From the NCBI RefSeq assembly GCF_009914755.1, contig NC_060930.1: DNA of 64,000 nucleotides, one strand, 5' to 3'. The notes under the pieces were generated by a model. That model was not told the origin of the DNA and did no database searches. It saw only the letters and a program-made list of their open reading frames with translations. Made by a program: the position numbers and the translations under genes. Positions 51,497 to 64,000 of the stretch are shown here, one piece after another. Source of the stretch: the human T2T-CHM13v2.0 reference genome, Homo sapiens. Positions within the stretch are counted from its first letter, which is position 1. Each line of letters begins with the position of its first letter.

Positions 51497-51909
51497 AGAC
51501 CAGGTTTCTCTCTCTACAAGTGGATTATAAACATTTTCACCAAATCATAACAATACTCCAGCTTTCCGGTCCGACTTCCTAGGAGCCTGGAGTTAGCAAA
51601 GGTTGTCTCTGGATTTCATTCTCTGAGAATATCACAGAGCCTGGGAGAAGATGAATTTACATGAAATTGCAACATACACACCTTTTTATTTTCTGGTGTT
51701 AAGCTAGTTGTCTTTCCTACCTTACAAATCATGTTAGTTTTATGATTTGTTCCGCATGTTTTATGTTTATTGTAGAAATGTTTATATAACATACGCTTTC
51801 CATATCAGGGAAAATCATATCTGTTTAATAAATTGGCTATAACTTTAATATCTGTGGACAACTTGTAAAATTTGGAATGTATCATATGTAAAAAGTTTAA
51901 AGATATCCA

Positions 51910-51915
51910 AATAAA
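51910..51915 (+). terminator. distal UBR2 polyadenylation signal AATAAA
   Basis: canonical hexamer with TGTA elements upstream and U/GU-rich sequence downstream; second AATAAA at 51827. Confidence 0.7.
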
Positions 51916-52575
51916 TGCTTTAGGTGTTGGCATTACTTTTGGTTAGCATATATCTTTCTGTTTCATTTTACACATTTACCTGCCACAGCAAGGTGCCCGT
52001 GTCACCTTGCTACAAATATAGTGGGATATCTGTATTAGCTTTAAATTTAAGAGGGTTATATTATTATGGCCACTAGCCAAACTATCTTGACCTTCTCAGA
52101 GAAAGTGTGATCATCATTTCAGCTGATTAAGTTTCATATTCATTAGCCATGACAGCGTGTGACCTTTGTGGACCATTTTGGAACTCAAATCACTGGGAAA
52201 CAGGGCACTCCAAGACCTGTGTCTGGGTTTAAACTCTTGTTCATCCTTACCTGGTGATCTCAAGGTCCTTGTCCTTACACACTCCCCTAGTGTGCTGGCT
52301 GGTTTTTCAGGGCTGTTGGAGGTTTTTTTTTTCTTTTTTTTATGACCACTTCCTGCTTTTGAGAGAGAGACATAGAAAGGCAGCTACACTGTCTTCCTAG
52401 GGGAGTCATTGCCCATGAGAATTCTGTTTTTTTTGAAATCCTCTTGAGAGCATCAAACTAAAACAGCAAGGTTTCCATTGCACTCACCCTGCCTCCTGGT
52501 CAGTAACACTGCTCCCAGCCTACTGCCTTCACCACTCTTGTCTTTAGTTCCAGGAACTCATGAAGCCCCTTCTGA

Positions 52576-52923
<348 letters not shown>

Positions 52924-52944
52924 TGTTCCTACTCTTGTTTTTTA

Positions 52945-53410
52945 AGTCACATTTATTGAGGTATATTTTACAAACAGATTAACTCTTTTTAGTGTACAGT
53001 TTTATACATTTTAACAAATGCATACAGTTAAACAACCACAATCGAGAAATAGAACAATTCCATCTTCCCCAAAAGTCCCCTTTGTAGTCAGCTTCTTGCC
53101 TCATCCTGGCTTTCAGCTACCAGTGTTTTTCTCTCCCTTTGTTTTGTCTCTTCCCGAATGTTATATAAATGGAATTGTATCATATGTAGCATTTTGAGTC
53201 TGGCTTCTCACTAAAGAAGAATGCATTCGGGTCCTCCCTGTTCCTTTGGATTGCTGAGTAGCATTCCGTTGTACAGACTTCTGGGCAGTTGCCAGATGAA
53301 GGGCATTTGGGTGAGTTTGGGTGATTGTTTTGGTGATTACTGCTACAAACATTCATGGATGGGTTTTTGTACAAACCTGAATTTTCACTTCCCTCAGGTA
53401 AATAGCTAGA
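52945..53410 (-). mobile_element. old L1 3' end
   Basis: TTTATTGAGGTATA, ATATAAATGGAAT, CTGGCTTCT motifs of L1M 3'UTR reverse complement. Confidence 0.7.
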
Positions 53411-54045
53411 AGTTGTCCCTTACATCTTAATCCTCCATTTGATGCCATCCTGAGAGCTCAGCATTCTCTAATCTGTAACTTTGCTGTTTACAGTCCTCTG
53501 TGATGGACAGGATAAAATGCTGTCAGGAGTTAAGAACTGACATGTTTTTCCCCTTCCAGCCAATCTATCCATTGTGACCTGGGAAGGCACTTGTCTCTTC
53601 CCTGGACTTTCATAGTATTGGACAGACACTTTTCTCTTCCTAACACAGTGGTGCTGCCTGCCTGCGTTGTCATTGAGAGCCATCTTTTTAGCCAGTCGTG
53701 GATGAAAAGCCCTGTCTTGGTCCACGATTTTCCCTGGCTAAGCTGCAAACATGCTGGCCTAGCGTAACAGGTGCCCGGACGAGGAGGGGCAGGGGAGCGT
53801 GCAGAGCGGGCACCTAATCTTATTAACCCATATTAAGGTTACTAGGGGTTTATTTACTGGCAGCTCAGTCCCAGGCTTGAAGCATGTTGTAAAGAAGCTG
53901 TGGGTTCTGGAACTGAGGCCAAAAATTCTAGGACACAGCTTCCCAAATATTCAGGATAGTCATCACCTGTTTCTTCACTGTGGAGTGAGCATTTTAAAAA
54001 TGAAAGTCCTAAGGCCCTGTCTACCCCCACCCCATCCCGGGGCTA

Positions 54046-54543
<498 letters not shown>

Positions 54544-55044
54544 TTAACCCTAAGCCTGCTCCGAACCAATGAGTGAGATTTATTGTAGAGTCAATGCACT
54601 CTTGGTCCTCTCAACAACCTTCAGATTCTCAGGTTGTTCACATTTGCTCCTATAACCTGGCCCCATAGAGACTCATATTTCCCTGTTTGAGGAAATAACG
54701 TTTTGGCCAGAGGAGAAGAAAAAATGGCTTGGAGTTTTGCCTAAATTTCTACATTAAAATTCCATGTATTCAGCTCTGGTTCAAACTCCAGCAAATGCTG
54801 AGATTATTTGGATATAATAATAGTCACTGTTGTAATAGTCACCGTTCTTACAGGTAAGAGATGGCAAGATGGAGAGATGTGATACCCAAGCCATGTTTAT
54901 AACAACGATTGTTACCAATGCTTCCCTTAGGGTGGGTTTCTTTTCTTTTTTGGCAAATACTAGCGGTAGTAGGGGATTCTGATATATGTTGTTGAATGGG
55001 CTTAAACAGTCATTTAACAAAAGTGATTTTCATACAGTATGAAT

Positions 55045-55050
55045 TTTAAT
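55045..55050 (-). terminator. probable PRPH2 polyadenylation signal ATTAAA
   Basis: tttaat on + strand; U/GU-rich sequence follows on - strand. Confidence 0.55.
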
Positions 55051-56239
55051 TATCTATTGACAGCTGTTAACAGCATAGTTACACTTGTGGGCCTAGAGCA
55101 GCACTTTCACCGTGGTTCTCAGCACTCTTGAGAGATAGCAAGAGCTCAGGGACCTTTGCCAAAGATGGCTGGCTCAGCATTTTTTCAGTATGGATCATTC
55201 CTTGGCCTCAACGAGATTCAGAAATCTAATTAAACTTGGGACCAACGTCTGACAGGGTGTCCAAACATCTTGGATCTGGTCTTCTGCTTGGGGGAATTAA
55301 GCCCAGAACATACCCCAGCAGCACCAGAAGTCTTATTTTCTCTACACTAAAGTTCTTAGGACAGCAAAGAACCCAAACTCAGTCCAAAGTAACCTATTCC
55401 CAAACACCATCGGTCAGAAGCAGAGGTAAGTTATGGACTGTTCCCTTTCTGGTTTTTGCCTTCTGGCCTCGGTCTCCAGCCAGGTAGGAACGAGCTCTCT
55501 TGAATGTTCATCCAACTGGAGGAATTATGCTGGGCCCTGCCTTGGTCTGGTCACCAGGGCTTGGGAAGTCAGCAAAATCATTCTCTCCTTCCCCTGAAAG
55601 CTTCTCTTTCCTAAAGAAAGTGAAAACTCCTGTATTTGCTAGCTCAGGAAGATGGGCTATCTCAAAGAATCTCCTTTGATGCAGAAGCATTCCAGAAATA
55701 GTGTTTTTCAAGATGGGTATCTTGGGGGAAGAAACGGAAGAAGCTCCCAGAGGATTCCTTGCCCTTTGCTGTGGACAATTAGTGTTGTCCATGGGGCTGT
55801 GATGGCCACCTGTGTGGGTGTCCCTTGGCCCACCAAGAGCTGAGGCCTGGTCTCCAAAGGGTGGACTCATGTCTGATTGTTGCTCCTCTTCCACAGCAGG
55901 GCAGCAGCCTACCCCACTGCTTCCACCGATGAGCCACAGGAGATCACCTGGCACTTTAGGGATGGTGTGGTGCTGGGACACGCCAACAGCCTGACTTCCT
56001 CAACCCGTGGTTCACTCCAGACTCAGTGACCGAGGGCATGTGAATGGGACACAAAAGCAGGCCTTTCACTGTGTTTTTGGTGGGGGATAAAATCCCCTGC
56101 CTTGAAATTCTCTTGCTCCATGATTAAAGAATCCTGTTTAGAGCCCTCAATGCCTTAAGAGTCCATTATTCTTAGAAAAGTGTAACTTTCCCCCAACTTC
56201 TGGCATTAAGCAAACGGCCAACCTGTCAATCTTGGCATT

Positions 56240-56257
56240 AAAAAAAAAAAAAAAAAA
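56240..56257. repeat. A18 tract (U18 in PRPH2 3'UTR)
   Basis: direct reading. Confidence 0.95.
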
Positions 56258-56725
56258 GACAACATGGCCATTTTTCAGATTTCTGTGCTTATGCACCAAG
56301 TGACACTTTGGATAGAGTGAAGCAACATGGAGCTCATAAGAGGTAAATTCTAAAAGGGGAGCAGCCCTCAGATACGGCCAGTGGCCATAGGGTGGGACTA
56401 AATCCGTGTGAGAAAGATGGGTCCTGGGCTAGTCGTCTGAGACAGCCCCCGAGTCACCAGGAGGGCATATCCTAGGGCAGCGGGCCTGAAGGGAGCTTCA
56501 CTCACATTCACATTAGCTTCATTCACATTTTGGGTCAGTCATTCAACAACTGTGTGTCAAATGCTTTTAGGGACCCTAAACTTAAATTCCACCGTCAGGG
56601 AGAGTCTCTGTAAGATGGTGCCCTCCTTGGGAGATTCAGACTTTCGGAGTTGGATGAGGGGGAGATCCACGTTTCTTGGAGTGCACTATTTCTCAGTGTT
56701 CGGGAGGGGAGGGGCCCCAGGGCCC

Positions 56726-57040
<315 letters not shown>

Positions 57041-57475
57041 TCAACCTGAGCACTGTGCAGTGTGGGTTGGTGACAGCCTGCCCCACGCTGCCCTGTCCTC
57101 AGTGCTCAACACACCTGACTCTTCTCCAGCCTCATGTCAGACCCCTCTCCTCCTCCCTTTCCAGCCACCCTGGGCTGCTTCGGATTCGCCCATGCCCCAT
57201 ACTTTCTCCCCTCTAGGTCTTTACCATCTGCTATGCTCTCTGCCTAGAACCTTGTTCCTCTCCACGTTCATCTGTTAATTCATCTTCAGCCCTTGGTGAG
57301 CTCCCCTGCAGCTCATCCTCCCTCCCCATCCCCTCGGGTCGCCCCCATCCCAGGTGCATTATTCCTGGGTGCCTTCACCTCTACACCCCATTGCTTGGCA
57401 CATATTGGGTAGTTCAGTAACTGCCTTGGGTGGAATTAAGAGGTCACCTCCTTTTCTGCATCTGATGTGTGGTAC

Positions 57476-60669
<3,194 letters not shown>

Positions 60670-60907
60670 GGTGGCTTCCTGGACATACAGTCACCCTTTA
60701 GTTTCATGTGGTGAGTTAGAGGAGGTGTTTATCAGCCACAGGCAGGATGCACTGGCTGATAGCATTAGGACAGTGACTCATTTAAAGGAATCTTTGGGAA
60801 TCTCCTCAATGGAAAAAGCTTCCTCACCAAATCTTCCTGGCTTTGTACATTGGGATTTTGAAGTTTGGATTTTCTGCTCTCAAGGTAGCTCAAAGCAGCT
60901 ACCCTGA

Positions 60908-61990
<1,083 letters not shown>

Positions 61991-62289
61991 TGAATATCTC
62001 TTTAACCAAAGAGCGAATTCAGCACACTCACCGAGGATTTGCTTACATTGCAAGCCCTATAGCTACAGAGAAACTGAGCGTTGCAGATAAGATGAACCCA
62101 CACATAATTAGACTAACAGGTAAATGAGGACCAGCATCGCAAGAAGCACAAATCCAAACAGTACCCATTTCCTGAACACCTGCACATGCTGTTCATGTTG
62201 CCTCCCAATAGTCCCCAAAGCTAAGTGCTGTCACCCCATATAACAGAGAGGTTAAATGACTAAGACCTCGGTACCAAAAAGTGGGGACA

Positions 62290-62872
62290 CAGGATGAACC
62301 TCCAAAACATGCTAACTAAAAGAAGCCAAACGTAATATGGGTCCATTTATATGAAATGTCCAAAATACATAAATCCAGAGAACAGTTGCCAGGGGCTGGA
62401 GGGCAGGTTGGGAGGTGGTGACTGCTTCATGGGTGTGAGATTTTCCTGGGGGCTGATGGAAGTCTTTTGGAACTAGGTAGAGGTGCTTGCACAACATTGT
62501 AAATCAACTAGATGACACCAAATTGTTTACCTTTTATAAATCTCACCTCAATTAAAAAAACAATTGTCGGTCGGGTGCAGTGCTCACACCTGTAAACCCA
62601 GACTTCGGGAGGCCGAGGCAGGCAGATCACGAGGTCAGGAGATCGAGACCATCCTGGCTAATGCAGTGAAAACCTGTCTCTACTACAAATATAAAAAATT
62701 AGCCGGGCATGGTGGCACATGCCTGTAGTCCCAGCTATCGGGAGGCTGAGGCAGAAGGATCCCTTGAACCCAGGGGAGGGAGGTTGCAGTGAGCTGAGAT
62801 CATGCCACTGCACTCCAGCCTGGGCAACACAGAGAGACTCAGCCTCAAAATAAAAAAAAATAAAAAAAATAA
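62290..62872 (+). mobile_element. old L1 3' end (62290-62560) followed by Alu (62569-62872)
   Basis: GGATGAACCTC.AAAACATGCTAA, TCCATTTATATGAAATGTCCA; Alu dimer; (TAAA)n at 62905-62938. Confidence 0.75.
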
Positions 62873-63084
62873 ATTTAAGTGGTGGGAAAGAAACCAAAAA
62901 AGAAATAAATGAATAAATAAATAAATAAATAAATAAATACAAAAGGTGGAGGCCCTGGGTGGGGTTCAAGCCCAGACTGATCTGACCCACAGCTCCACTG
63001 AAGGCTGTTTCCAAAGAGGGAGGCATGCTCTCCAAGCCTGGCTCCGCCCCCATTAGACCCAAATGGGACCGGAGGCTCTCCTTA

Positions 63085-63495
<411 letters not shown>

Positions 63496-64000
63496 CTACG
63501 TGCCAGTCACTGTTCTAGGCGCTGAAGACAAAAAAATGAATAAATGCCCCTGCCTTCCTCGACCTTGAGGTAGACGGTAATCCAAGACCCAAGTCAATAG
63601 GGAGTATAGAAATTCACCCAACCACTCTGTGCTGCCAGGCGCTTTCTTGGGGCCATGCCTGGTGCATAGGTGGGTAGGAGGAGCAGCAGGATGGGAGCTG
63701 TTGATGGACAAGCATCTGGCTGCCACTGGTGATGCCCACAGCTCCCTCACCAACCTCATCTCCCCCTTACAGGTCACTGGTGGCCAAGGCCCTTTCCAGC
63801 CAGGTGTTTCCAGAAGGCCTGCTCAGTCCCAGGGCCTGTGCAGAGGCAGGGGATGGAGACCCGAGGCAGGCACAGTCCTTGCCCTCGGAGGACTCCACCC
63901 CCAGCCAGGTGGGAGCTCCTGACTCACCTAAGGGACACAGCTGCAAGCAGGTTCTCCAGGCTGATGGGCGGGGCTCCCAGCATATCTTCTGCACTTCTAT

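Larger units (their letters stand above)
49602..51935 (+). other. UBR2: UBR2 3'UTR
   Basis: free of interspersed repeats after the stop; AATAAA at 49687, 50966, 51827 and 51910; end approximate. Confidence 0.75.
55028..56725 (-). other. PRPH2: PRPH2 3'UTR
   Basis: follows the TGA of exon 3 on - strand; end inferred from ATTAAA at 55050-55045. Confidence 0.7.

Overview
Human (primate) genomic DNA, recognisable as the UBR2-PRPH2 locus (6p21.1). The + strand carries the last 31 coding exons of the N-degron E3 ligase UBR2. All 31 were spliced by hand at GT-AG junctions in a single frame: 3348 nt, 1115 aa plus stop, ending ...IDWQHL* at 49601, followed by a ~2.3 kb 3'UTR. The - strand carries exons 2 and 3 and the 3'UTR of peripherin-2 (PRPH2), convergent with UBR2 across ~3.1 kb. 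The introns are dense in Alu elements, with L1/L2/MIR/DNA-transposon relics and one full-structure SVA. Almost all ORFs in the supplied track are Alu/SVA read-throughs. I see no new protein-coding system. The most unusual signals are: (1) a U6 retrocopy fused directly to a U7 snRNA fragment inside an Alu tail; (2) a UBR2 3'UTR in which a 151-nt duplicated block is bracketed by 62-nt inverted repeats; (3) UBR2 splice sites abutting long A tracts; (4) three Alus of different ages, the youngest an AluYa5, inserted serially at one identical target site; (5) a locally templated inverted Alu copy in PRPH2 intron 2. Exon numbers assume the 47-exon UBR2 model. Repeat boundaries are by eye (about +/-10 nt) and subfamily calls come from remembered consensus sequences.
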